A stretch of 64,000 nt of DNA from contig CAYLPX010000004.1 of the NCBI GenBank assembly GCA_964385825.1, forward strand, positions 4,986 through 68,985, read 5' to 3'. Both the position numbers and the translations under genes were made by a program. The DNA comes from an uncultured Candidatus Saccharibacteria bacterium. GTDB taxonomy: Bacteria > Patescibacteriota > Minisyncoccia > Phycocordibacterales > JAKFXT01. The stretch's first letter is position 1, and each line of letters opens with the position of its first letter. The notes below the pieces were generated by a model. That model saw nothing but the letters and a program-made list of their open reading frames with translations, searched no databases and was not told where the DNA came from. This document shows positions 44,812-54,013 of this stretch, in pieces.

Positions 44812-46971
44812 ATGGAAGGAGCGACTCCATTAAGTAAAGTCCTGCGACTTTCTGAAGATCAAAAGAAGGCTCTTACTAGGCTCAATCTAAATACCGTAGA
44901 AGACCTGCTCTATCATTTCCCCGCTCGCTATAGTCAGTATGTGGAAAGTAGCAATATCGCCGAGGCACCGCTTGGAGAAAAAGGCAGCTGGTATGGCGTG
45001 ATACGTGACCTCAAACTAGGGAGTACTTTCAAACGGCATCTGCGCAAGGCTGAAGGGTCACTTGAAACCGTGAACGGTAAGGTCCGGCTCATCTGGTTCA
45101 ACCAGCCCTACTTAGCCAAAATGTTTAAAGAAGGCGACACCGTCCGTGTGTCCGGTAAACTCCAAGAGTACAATGGTGCGCGGAGTATTAGTAATCCTGA
45201 AATAGAAACCGTTCCTGAATTACCCCCTGAAGAAAAAGGTTCACTTTTTGGAAAGAAAAGTAATGAGTACTTTGCTTTCCCTATCTACCCTGAAAGTCGC
45301 GGTATTACTTCCCGTTTTTTCTATCACCATATCCAAAAGATTTTAAAAAGTGGTGTAGTAGACACCCTTCACGATCCTATACCAACTGATATTTTAGAAA
45401 CCTACAATCTTCCAACTCTTAAAACCGCACTCATCTGGGTCCACAGTCCCAAAAAAGAAAAGGATGCTGAAGTGGCGCGCAAGCGGTTTGCTTTTGAGCA
45501 AGTTTTCTACATTCAACTCCAAAAACAAAAAGATAGGCAACTGTATGAACAGAGTAGTGGGTTCAAACTAGATGCCCCCAAGGCAGTTATAGACACCTTC
45601 CTCACCCGCTTCCCCTTCTCTCCTACCAATGCACAAAAGAATGCTATCGCGAATATTTTAACTGATATGAAAAGTGGTAACCCCATGTCGCGTTTACTTG
45701 AGGGAGATGTGGGGTCGGGCAAGACAGCAGTAGCTGCCACGACGGCGTACGCCGTCGTGGCAGGGGTCCCAGAAAAAGATAGCCGCCTTTCACGCCTCCA
45801 AGTAGCTTACATGGCACCAACTGAACTTCTGGCCACACAACATTTTGAATCCTTCATTGAATACTTCAAACATTTGCCTATCAACATTGGGCTACTTACA
45901 GGAAGTGGCTGCCGCAAATTCCCCTCCAAAGTAGATCCGAGTGGCCATACCGCTGTTTCGCGTGCACAGTTACTAAAGTGGGTCAAAGAAGGTGATATTT
46001 CTATCCTTATCGGTACACACGCACTCATTCAAAAAAGTGTGCATTTCAAAAACCTCGCCTACATCATCATAGATGAACAACATCGCTTCGGGGTGAAACA
46101 ACGAAAAGAATTAACTCGCAAAGACGATCGTCTCCCCCATTTATTATCCATGACGGCCACCCCTATTCCGAGAACCCTCGCGCTTACCATTTTCGGCGAC
46201 CTAGATATTACCCTGCTCGATGAAATGCCGGCCGGTAGAAAGAAGATTGATACCCGCATTGTGCCGCCGACAAAACGTAAAGAAATGTATGACCATATTA
46301 AACGTGAATTGAAAGAAGGACGGCAAGCATACATCATTTGCCCACGCATAGATGAACCGGATCCCGAAAAAGAATTGGCCATTCAAGCCAAATCAGTGAA
46401 GGCTGAAGCTATCCGCCTCAAAAGAGATATTTTCCCTGAAGCTCGCATTGAAATACTGCATAGCAAAATGAAACCGAAGGAGAAAGACGAGATCATGATC
46501 GCGTTTAAAGCGCACAAAATAGATATTCTCGTTGCTACCTCAGTGGTTGAAGTGGGGGTGAACGTGCCGAATGCGACGAATATTGTTATTGAAGGCGCAG
46601 AGCGTTTCGGCTTAGCCCAACTCCACCAACTGCGCGGTCGTGTTATCCGTAGCAACCACCAAGCCTACTGCTTCTTACTTAGTGAAAGTGCTGGGGATAA
46701 GACTATGGAACGCCTCAAGGCCCTTGTAGAGGCTGAAAATGGCTTTAAACTAGCCGAACTAGACTTAACTATGCGCGGCACAGGAGGCCTTCTTGATAGC
46801 AAGCAATGGGGTATGTCTGATATCGCCATGGAAGCCATTAAAAATATCAAAATGGTAGAAGCCGCCCGCACTGAAGCCTCCCGTATCATAAAGACTGACC
46901 CAGACCTTACAAACTACCCCGCTCTTAAGGCTACCCTTACTCAGAAACTCACGCATTTGCACTTTGAGTAA
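44812..46971 (+). CDS. recG: ATP-dependent DNA helicase RecG
   Basis: Wedge-domain N-terminus, Walker A GDVGSGKT, DEQHRFG motif II, TATPIPRT, and helicase C-terminal motifs. 719 aa. Confidence 0.85.
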   Translation: MEGATPLSKVLRLSEDQKKALTRLNLNTVEDLLYHFPARYSQYVESSNIAEAPLGEKGSWYGVIRDLKLGSTFKRHLRKAEGSLETVNGKVRLIWFNQPYLAKMFKEGDTVRVSGKLQEYNGARSISNPEIETVPELPPEEKGSLFGKKSNEYFAFPIYPESRGITSRFFYHHIQKILKSGVVDTLHDPIPTDILETYNLPTLKTALIWVHSPKKEKDAEVARKRFAFEQVFYIQLQKQKDRQLYEQSSGFKLDAPKAVIDTFLTRFPFSPTNAQKNAIANILTDMKSGNPMSRLLEGDVGSGKTAVAATTAYAVVAGVPEKDSRLSRLQVAYMAPTELLATQHFESFIEYFKHLPINIGLLTGSGCRKFPSKVDPSGHTAVSRAQLLKWVKEGDISILIGTHALIQKSVHFKNLAYIIIDEQHRFGVKQRKELTRKDDRLPHLLSMTATPIPRTLALTIFGDLDITLLDEMPAGRKKIDTRIVPPTKRKEMYDHIKRELKEGRQAYIICPRIDEPDPEKELAIQAKSVKAEAIRLKRDIFPEARIEILHSKMKPKEKDEIMIAFKAHKIDILVATSVVEVGVNVPNATNIVIEGAERFGLAQLHQLRGRVIRSNHQAYCFLLSESAGDKTMERLKALVEAENGFKLAELDLTMRGTGGLLDSKQWGMSDIAMEAIKNIKMVEAARTEASRIIKTDPDLTNYPALKATLTQKLTHLHFE

Positions 46972-46994
46972 CAGCCGTTTAGTATAGGACCATT

Positions 46995-47067
46995 GCGGGT
47001 ATAGCTCAGTTGGTAGAGCAGGCGTCTTATACACGCCCGGTCCTTGGTTCGAGTCCAAGTACCCGCA
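46995..47067 (+). tRNA. tRNA with UAU anticodon (predicted tRNA-Ile, rare isoacceptor)
   Basis: GCGGGTA TA GCTC AGTTGGT AGAGC A GGCGT CTTATAC ACGCC CGGTC CTTGG TTCGAGT CCAAG TACCCGC A. The anticodon loop is CU-UAU-AC. CCA not encoded. Confidence 0.65.
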
Positions 47068-47214
47068 CAAAGGATTTATCATCCATATACATAGACACCG
47101 AAGTCTCTAGTCAAATCCAGTACATACGATGCATAATTCTGTATTACTACTAATTAAATAGACCTCAATCAAACCTCGAGTAATAAAGTAGAGTTATTTT
47201 TAAATTTAAAAAAT

Positions 47215-48714
47215 ATGAAAAAAAGTCTTTTTTTTGAAGAAAATTTAGCAAAAGGAGGGGTTAAAAAATTTATTGAAACAGAAAAAAACGGTTCTTATAC
47301 CTACCTTGAAACAGAAATTTACACCAATCAAATTGCAAATTTTCTAAAAAACGAGGGTTTAAAAAAAGGTGATCGAATTTGTATCATAGCAACAAAATCT
47401 CCAGCAACAATCTTTTACTATCTAGCAATACTAAAAATAGGGGGGGTGTACACTCCTATTAGTCCAGATAGTAATATAGGAGAAATAGATTACATACTTG
47501 AAGATACTGAAGCAAGTGCTCTCATCTTTCCCTCTTCAGCAAAATCTTTTATTTTAAATAATTCCCGAAATACAAATACTGTAAAATATTTAGAACAAAT
47601 TAACCCCGGTTTAAAATTAGCTTTTTCATTTAGTCCCTTCTTTAAAAATAAAACTCCTACCCCCTCGGATACAGCACTTATTCTCTACACTTCAGGTACC
47701 ACAGGCAAACCTAAGGGGGTAATCCTTGATTATGCGCAAATAACCAGATTAGAATCATTAATAACAGTCTGGAAAGTTAGAGAGACTGATAAGATATTTT
47801 TAGCGCTTCAACTCAGCCATATTCATGGGATAATGCTAATCAATATTAGTCTTCATGCTAGATGTGGTCTTTTTCTTTATCCCAACCCTTTTTCCCAAGA
47901 TACGATAAAAATATTACAAAAAGTTTCGATCGTTTCCTTAAGCCCAACGCATTACAAAATTTTAAATGAATTATTTAAACAAACACCGATTAGAAATCCT
48001 ATCCCCCGGCTTTTTATTAATGGATCAAATAGCCTCCCCAACAAAACAGCTGAGGATTTCAAGATATTTACCAAAAAAAATATTGTTAATAGATATGGCT
48101 CGACAGAGCTAGGAATTCATACAACAAACATTCCTGATAAAGAAGTACTAGGAAGTTGTGGTAAACCATTATCGGATCTTTTAATGCGCATCGTGGACGA
48201 TAATGGAAAAATACTTCCTCCAGGAGTAATCGGAAACATTGAAGTAAAAAGTCCTCATATGTTTTCAGGATACTGGAGAAACAAAGAAAAAACCTCACAG
48301 TCAATAACACCTGATGGTTTTTTTAAAACTGGAGACATTGGCAAATTTGATAAAAATAAAAATTTATTTATTACAAGCCGAGCTATAGAAGTGATTACCG
48401 GGGAATTCGGCTTTAAAATTTACCCTAAAGAAATTGAATCCTATATTGAAGAGATAGAAGGACTTGAAGAAATCGCAGTAATTGGGATTCCTTCAAAAGA
48501 CAATTACGAAAAAATCTCTCTTTTTGTTTCAATCAAAAAAGGTTTTGAAAAAGTACTTCCTCCAGAAGTAATTAAAAATCTTATTGCGAAAAAGGTCTCT
48601 CGTAAAAAAATCCCTTCATGTGTACACATCCTAGATTCACTACCAAAAAATAAAGCTGGTAAAATTACAAAGGAAGAATTGAAAAAAATCCACTTAACTT
48701 TTCCGCTTCATTAA
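47215..48714 (+). CDS. AMP-dependent synthetase/ligase (acyl-/aryl-CoA ligase or adenylating enzyme)
   Basis: LYTSGTTGKPKGV AMP-binding motif, plus TGD motif FKTGDIG. 499 aa. Very AT-rich codon usage. Confidence 0.75.
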   Translation: MKKSLFFEENLAKGGVKKFIETEKNGSYTYLETEIYTNQIANFLKNEGLKKGDRICIIATKSPATIFYYLAILKIGGVYTPISPDSNIGEIDYILEDTEASALIFPSSAKSFILNNSRNTNTVKYLEQINPGLKLAFSFSPFFKNKTPTPSDTALILYTSGTTGKPKGVILDYAQITRLESLITVWKVRETDKIFLALQLSHIHGIMLINISLHARCGLFLYPNPFSQDTIKILQKVSIVSLSPTHYKILNELFKQTPIRNPIPRLFINGSNSLPNKTAEDFKIFTKKNIVNRYGSTELGIHTTNIPDKEVLGSCGKPLSDLLMRIVDDNGKILPPGVIGNIEVKSPHMFSGYWRNKEKTSQSITPDGFFKTGDIGKFDKNKNLFITSRAIEVITGEFGFKIYPKEIESYIEEIEGLEEIAVIGIPSKDNYEKISLFVSIKKGFEKVLPPEVIKNLIAKKVSRKKIPSCVHILDSLPKNKAGKITKEELKKIHLTFPLH

Positions 48715-48765
48715 ATAACTTAAAATTAAATTTCAAAATTTCTTGCAAATTTTTCAATAAAAAAA

Positions 48766-48787
48766 GAGGGGGATTGCTCCCCCTCAC
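48766..48787. terminator. rho-independent terminator for the GC-rich minus-strand gene
   Basis: GAGGGGG-ATTGC-TCCCCCTC stem with a run of 7 A on the plus strand (a T-run on the minus strand), immediately downstream of the 48801..49403 stop. Confidence 0.7.
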
Positions 48788-48800
48788 TTGTCGCGCCCGG

Positions 48801-49403
48801 CTATTCACCAGCCGAAGCGCTTTTCATCGGCGGCCAGACGTTGGTCTCGACGACTTCGTAGGTCTGGACCGGCCCGAACCGCGACACGCACTTGCCGGGC
48901 CGCTTCAGTTCCGGCACATACCAGCAGGTAACCGGGCCGCGGTCGTAGCCGTTGTCGAAGTTCACGACGACCTTCATGGCCGAGAACTTGCCGATGGACA
49001 GCACGACTTCCTCGACGCCCACAACCTCGGTTGCAACCTTGAGCTTCCCGGAAGCAGACCCGCGGTAGAACATCACCTCGTCGTTCTTCCACTTGTTCCC
49101 CGCAACGAGGGGGAACCGGAAGTACGGAATGTACGGGGAATACTGGGTGAAACTTTGCCCAGCCGCCCCCTTCATTTCCGCAGTGTTGGAAACGGGGTTC
49201 CATTCATTCGTGAGCACGTGACGATACCCGCCGTAGAGGATGTCGATCTTGGAGTCGTTGACCCCAGTCACCACGACCTCCTTGAAGGAATCGCCGACCT
49301 TGATTTTCCAGGCGTCACCCACCTGCACTTCAGGCCGGTTGAAATCTGCGGCCATTGCCACCCCCCCGACAAGGAGGAGCGCCAAAACAAAGCTCTTGAA
49401 CAT
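48801..49403 (-). CDS. secreted protein of unknown function encoded by a strongly GC-rich (~60%+) insert in an AT-rich region
   Basis: Signal peptide MFKSFVLALLLVGGVAMAADF. GC3-rich codons (GCC, GGC, CCG). The flanks return abruptly to AT-rich sequence. Confidence 0.6.
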   Translation of the reverse strand: MFKSFVLALLLVGGVAMAADFNRPEVQVGDAWKIKVGDSFKEVVVTGVNDSKIDILYGGYRHVLTNEWNPVSNTAEMKGAAGQSFTQYSPYIPYFRFPLVAGNKWKNDEVMFYRGSASGKLKVATEVVGVEEVVLSIGKFSAMKVVVNFDNGYDRGPVTCWYVPELKRPGKCVSRFGPVQTYEVVETNVWPPMKSASAGE

Positions 49404-49536
49404 GTCAATCTCCCTCCCCACTTAAGGGGTTAATACTACATTGAACTCCAACTTAAAGTATACATATATTTATAAAAAAAGCAAGTCCATGTGAATAAAG
49501 ATTGCGAAGCTTTACACCCTAAGATATCATGGATGC

Positions 49537-50436
49537 ATGTTAGTAAAATTCATAGCACACGCTGGAATAGCAATAGAAGAAGACGGATTTTTACTCCTCA
49601 TTGACCCCTGGTTTTTTGATAGTACCCCAGAAAATCCAATAATAGAAAGCATAGGTGGGGGATTTAAAACAATTGATTTTCAAATCCCAAAAACAACTGA
49701 AGATATTACCCTTTACAAACCTGATGCCATCCTTGTATCCCATTTCCATCCCCACCATTCCCCTGTACGTGATATTACGGAACTATTTACAAATACGTTG
49801 GATAGTAACAAGGAAATCCTAATCGGGTACCCTACGCCCAACGATGAAATGGAGCGTATGCTCATGAAAAATATTCCCTCTTCGGTGAAGAAAAAGGCTG
49901 TACGCCCCAATGATGAGATCCTCATCGGACCGTTTAAAATTACTGCCAAAAAACACACTGTCCCCTTTCATACTAGTTGGTACATCACCTCAAAAACTGG
50001 TTCCGTGTTGCATATCGCTGATGGGAGAATAAATAAAGATATTATGGACCGACGAATAGATGATACGTGGATAGAATTACAAGGCTTAAAACCATCGATT
50101 CTCTTTATAAGTAGCGGAGGTCATAGTCAACTTCAAAAAAATAAGGAGGGGGAACGAGTGGTAGTAGAAGCTGGTATTTTTACCGCAGTTGAAGCAGCGA
50201 AAGTAACAAGATTAATTAACCCTACCGCTGTAGCCCTAATAGGAATGTACAATCACAGTATTTGGAAAAATAGAGTTGAATACATACGACAGTCCTCTCA
50301 GGTTGAGGAGGAGTTTTTGTGGGCACTAACTTATCTTGACCCAAACATTAAGAAGCTTTTTATCAACCCGGGTTTTAGTATTGGATTATCAGAAAAGGAT
50401 CTAGAAGGAAAATGCAATTATTTCTCAAAAAACTAA
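49537..50436 (+). CDS. MBL-fold-like metallo-hydrolase (tentative)
   Basis: ILVSHFHPHHS resembles the HxHxDH metal-binding motif. 299 aa. Confidence 0.35.
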   Translation: MLVKFIAHAGIAIEEDGFLLLIDPWFFDSTPENPIIESIGGGFKTIDFQIPKTTEDITLYKPDAILVSHFHPHHSPVRDITELFTNTLDSNKEILIGYPTPNDEMERMLMKNIPSSVKKKAVRPNDEILIGPFKITAKKHTVPFHTSWYITSKTGSVLHIADGRINKDIMDRRIDDTWIELQGLKPSILFISSGGHSQLQKNKEGERVVVEAGIFTAVEAAKVTRLINPTAVALIGMYNHSIWKNRVEYIRQSSQVEEEFLWALTYLDPNIKKLFINPGFSIGLSEKDLEGKCNYFSKN

Positions 50437-50963
50437 AACTTAAGCTAATTTTATTTTTCTTAAAAGTACACCAAACCGACAAAATTGCACATAGAAAGAG
50501 CAGTTTTTTAGAGCATTTACTAGGTACTTATAACCTACTGGTAAGCTGGGAACTGGAGGAAAGTATTTGTCTTGCTGGTCTATTTCATAGTATTTATGGT
50601 ACAAAATTTTTCACTCACGCAACAGTAAGACAAGAGTTCCGTTTTTTGATTAAAATCTTGATCGGTGGAAAAGCTGAAAAACTTGCCTACCTTTTTTCTG
50701 TTTCAGAAAGACCTAGTGGATTTTTAAAAGGACTCGAAACTGGCTTTTTAGAAAATAGAATAACCCATAAACTTGAACAATTTCCACCTGAAATTATCCA
50801 TAATTTAGTTGCTATTGAGTGTGCGAACCTAATCGACCAAGGAGGTGGAGTTGAATTCCTAAAACAGATTATTCAAAAATTTTCAGCATTAAATAGCGGC
50901 TTCCTTAATGATAAAATTTTTAACACAATTAATGCTTTTTTAAACCAAAAACTAACTAATTGA
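50412..50963 (+). CDS. hypothetical protein (183 aa)
   Basis: His-rich helical protein. No firm assignment. Confidence 0.35.
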   Translation: MQLFLKKLKLKLILFFLKVHQTDKIAHRKSSFLEHLLGTYNLLVSWELEESICLAGLFHSIYGTKFFTHATVRQEFRFLIKILIGGKAEKLAYLFSVSERPSGFLKGLETGFLENRITHKLEQFPPEIIHNLVAIECANLIDQGGGVEFLKQIIQKFSALNSGFLNDKIFNTINAFLNQKLTN

Positions 50964-52532
50964 GTATCGATCCTTAGATAATATACCGTTCTTATCAAAA
51001 AATTTCTTTAATGCATCAACTAACTTCCAGTACTGAAGATTGCCCTCATTTCTTAGTCCAACATTCCTGATATCCCCCCTATTTAAGTAAAAATTCTTGA
51101 CTTCCCCCTCTTTTACTAGTGCCTCATAACACTCAAAGGCTTTCTTAGCTTCAGCATCATTCTTCTTATTAAAAGCGAAAAAGATCGTTGCTTTAAAATA
51201 GGTACTACGATAGCCTGTAAACTGAAAATTAAACGGAAATCCGTACTGTAAACAAATTTTCTCCATACTTTGTATCGCCTCAAAAGCTATTTCTGTATTT
51301 GCCGAAAAGGTACATGAGAAAAAAAGAAAACCGAGATTTTCATCTATATCAGGATTTAGATTTGACCGAAGAAAATTATTCCAAGAATCTGAAGAGTAAT
51401 CGTCTCTCACCCTAGATGAAAACACTACTTTGTTAGTCTCTCGTATGGGGAACCCCATGGCAAGCCTAAGTGACCCTAATAAAAAAATATATTTTTCTTT
51501 CAAAATAAATGGGAGCGGAAATCTAGCAGAACTCAGAATATTCAAATTTTTTTCTGAAAAGAAAAATAATGGTAACTCACTAATACTTTTAAATTTACTT
51601 TTTAGAACCTTCTCTGCCGCCCCCACTAGGACTGAATTAGCTGAAATAACTCCGACCACAAGCCATTTCCCCTTAGCGTCAGCAGTATAGAGGTTCGAAA
51701 AATAGTCCTTTTTAGCTTTTACTCGTTGCCTTCTACTCACTAATCTATCATCCGAGAAGATTTTTAAATAAACCAAAATATGAGGTAACTCCTCTAGGGA
51801 TTCCCTAATTTTAAAAATAACTTTCTTCAAATCTTTTCGTGAATCAAATTCGAAAGAAAATATTCTGCTTTTTTCAGTTTTTTTACTAAGCAATAATGTA
51901 GCATTTAAAACTATCCCAAAGTTACTCTGCATAAAGAGTCCGTCGAAATAGGGACCCAGTTTCCACTTAGAAGGAAGATTTGGTGAGTTACTTTCAAAAA
52001 TTTCTCCATTACCCAAAACAACGCGAAGGGAACAAACCGACTCAAAATGCTCCATATCAACGGATGATCCCATCCCATACTCAAGAAAATTACCTATAAT
52101 GCTACACGTCCCATGTGCCCCCGTTGTTGGAGTACTAAAGTTAAGATCCCTTTTTGCTAAAAAATCTGCGAGTAAATTTTGCGTCACCCCTGGCCCAACT
52201 GAAATCAGTCCCGTATCTTCATCAAGGATTTTAATGTCGAGCAACTGTGATAAATCCAAAATCACAGAATTTTGGCTTGTTGGCACGGCACTGCCATACC
52301 CCCAATTTTTTCCTGTACTAATAGTATAAAGAGAAATATGGTAACGATTCGCGATAGCTACAATAGATACAACCTGCTCTTCGCTCTTTGGTCTTAATGC
52401 TAAAAGAATTTCTTTTTTGATCCCCAAAGTTGAATTGCCATATTTATTTTGAGCAGTTACAGAGTCCAAAACACCCTCATTACCCAAAAGAAGCTTAAAC
52501 TCTGAAAGAGCCTGGTTGAAGCCCTCTTTCAT
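50952..52532 (-). CDS. FAD-binding PCMH-type oxidoreductase (FAD_binding_4 family)
   Basis: N-terminal FAD-binding domain pattern (...PKSEEQVVSIVAIANRYHISLYTISTGKNWGYGSA...). 526 aa. Confidence 0.55.
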   Translation of the reverse strand: MKEGFNQALSEFKLLLGNEGVLDSVTAQNKYGNSTLGIKKEILLALRPKSEEQVVSIVAIANRYHISLYTISTGKNWGYGSAVPTSQNSVILDLSQLLDIKILDEDTGLISVGPGVTQNLLADFLAKRDLNFSTPTTGAHGTCSIIGNFLEYGMGSSVDMEHFESVCSLRVVLGNGEIFESNSPNLPSKWKLGPYFDGLFMQSNFGIVLNATLLLSKKTEKSRIFSFEFDSRKDLKKVIFKIRESLEELPHILVYLKIFSDDRLVSRRQRVKAKKDYFSNLYTADAKGKWLVVGVISANSVLVGAAEKVLKSKFKSISELPLFFFSEKNLNILSSARFPLPFILKEKYIFLLGSLRLAMGFPIRETNKVVFSSRVRDDYSSDSWNNFLRSNLNPDIDENLGFLFFSCTFSANTEIAFEAIQSMEKICLQYGFPFNFQFTGYRSTYFKATIFFAFNKKNDAEAKKAFECYEALVKEGEVKNFYLNRGDIRNVGLRNEGNLQYWKLVDALKKFFDKNGILSKDRYSIS

Positions 52533-52541
52533 ACAAATAAC

Positions 52542-53624
52542 CTAAAAATTTTGTCCAATGGTCTGAAGATATTTCTTGAAATCAGGTGAAACTTTAGCCA
52601 AAATAAATACTTGCTGCTTTACAGGATAAGTATCAGGTTGCTTAAGTAAAGATTGGTAATAATTTTTAAGTGTATCGGAACTAATAGCCTCCTCAGTACT
52701 ATAGGGCTTTAGTATTTGAACAATATCATTTACCCTATCCTCTCCAAAATTTTTCTTAACGAAAGTAGCGTAGTAAAACCTAATTCGATACAAATTTTTA
52801 ACACCATACACACTTACAGCATATTTTTCCCCCTCTGATAAGGCCAATTTATAAGCATCCTCCTGCTCGGCGAGAGTATAGTTCTTTAATATCTTGGCTA
52901 CATTCCCGATACCAATGGCCCTATACATATACATCTCAATCATTCGAGAATTTTCATATATTTTATCCTTAAGCAATCCATTACCATCAACTATAGTTTT
53001 GTTGAGCTCATTTGCAAAGGCAATTTTATCAATACTTTTAGGAAGAGAATCACTTATGAAAAGATGGCTTTGAGTATAAACAATTGAAAACTTAGCGAGA
53101 GCATTCGGATAGAGCTCATCAGAATATTTCCAAAGTCCGATAGCAAATACTCGGGAATTAAAAGGCTCGCCTAATTTCGGAAAGTATGTTGAGTATGGTG
53201 CTTCATTAAAATTCTCGCGAATAAATTCTTCACTACTAAAAGCCAGTAAATCTGCCAAATCATCTAGCACAATAGCTCTAGCAAGAGGTGGATTTTTAAG
53301 ATCACCTATAAGGTCCTTATAAATTTTAACTGCTTCAGCTCTATCGGAACCTTCATTGCGAGCAAAAAGCTGGTAAGCAATCATGGCCTTAGCCCGAATG
53401 TTATCCATTAGGCTCAGTTTATCTACGAGCTTTTCATAGGTAGCAATCGTCTTTGAACGATCACCTGAATTATAAGCATCGAGCGCCTCTTTTCTAGCTT
53501 GTGTAATTTCAGCCTTTTTTGAATCTGTACCAGATTTGAAAAAAGTCAATTTATCTCTAAACATAAAAGTCCCCAGTATTAAAATCAATACAAAAATTAA
53601 ACCGAAAGTTTTTCTTAAATTCAT
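52542..53624 (-). CDS. hypothetical membrane-anchored helical-repeat protein
   Basis: N-terminal TM. TPR-like helical content. Confidence 0.35.
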   Translation of the reverse strand: MNLRKTFGLIFVLILILGTFMFRDKLTFFKSGTDSKKAEITQARKEALDAYNSGDRSKTIATYEKLVDKLSLMDNIRAKAMIAYQLFARNEGSDRAEAVKIYKDLIGDLKNPPLARAIVLDDLADLLAFSSEEFIRENFNEAPYSTYFPKLGEPFNSRVFAIGLWKYSDELYPNALAKFSIVYTQSHLFISDSLPKSIDKIAFANELNKTIVDGNGLLKDKIYENSRMIEMYMYRAIGIGNVAKILKNYTLAEQEDAYKLALSEGEKYAVSVYGVKNLYRIRFYYATFVKKNFGEDRVNDIVQILKPYSTEEAISSDTLKNYYQSLLKQPDTYPVKQQVFILAKVSPDFKKYLQTIGQNF

Positions 53625-53664
53625 AAATCAATTAAAATACTAAGGAACTAATTATCGCAAAATA

Positions 53665-53913
53665 CTAGCAGTCACTCCCACCTGGGTCTGGGTCTGGACA
53701 AGATGACCCACACGGGTCAGGGAATGGTGATGGGCCGCCAGGTACATCTGCAAATGCAGTTGGAACGGTCAGCGCATCTCTAATACTGAGACCCTTTTTT
53801 TGACTCTTAAGATTATCTGACTGGTTTTCCTCACCCTTTTGAAAGAAATTGATAAAAACCATAGCTAAGGTTAGGCCAAAAATATAGGTGAATTTAAATA
53901 TTTTTTTAAACAT
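53665..53913 (-). CDS. candidate RiPP precursor peptide (Cys/Ser/Gly/Pro/Asp-rich C-terminal core)
   Basis: 82 aa with a hydrophobic N-terminus and a C-terminal ...PGGPSPFPDPCGSSCPDPDPGGSDC. It lies directly downstream of ycaO on the same strand. Confidence 0.5.
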   Translation of the reverse strand: MFKKIFKFTYIFGLTLAMVFINFFQKGEENQSDNLKSQKKGLSIRDALTVPTAFADVPGGPSPFPDPCGSSCPDPDPGGSDC

Positions 53914-54013
53914 ATTCTTTACTTATTGAACTCATTTTACACCTCGACTCTTGTAAAAACAAGACCACTAATGTTGATAACAAAAAAACGGGTGACTTAA
54001 ATACTGTGCTAAT

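Noticed and set aside
48774-49433. Plus-strand 219-aa ORF in the GC-rich insert
   Set aside because: High-GC DNA is stop-poor on all frames. The minus-strand frame has a signal peptide and a terminator, so the plus-strand ORF is taken as a shadow.
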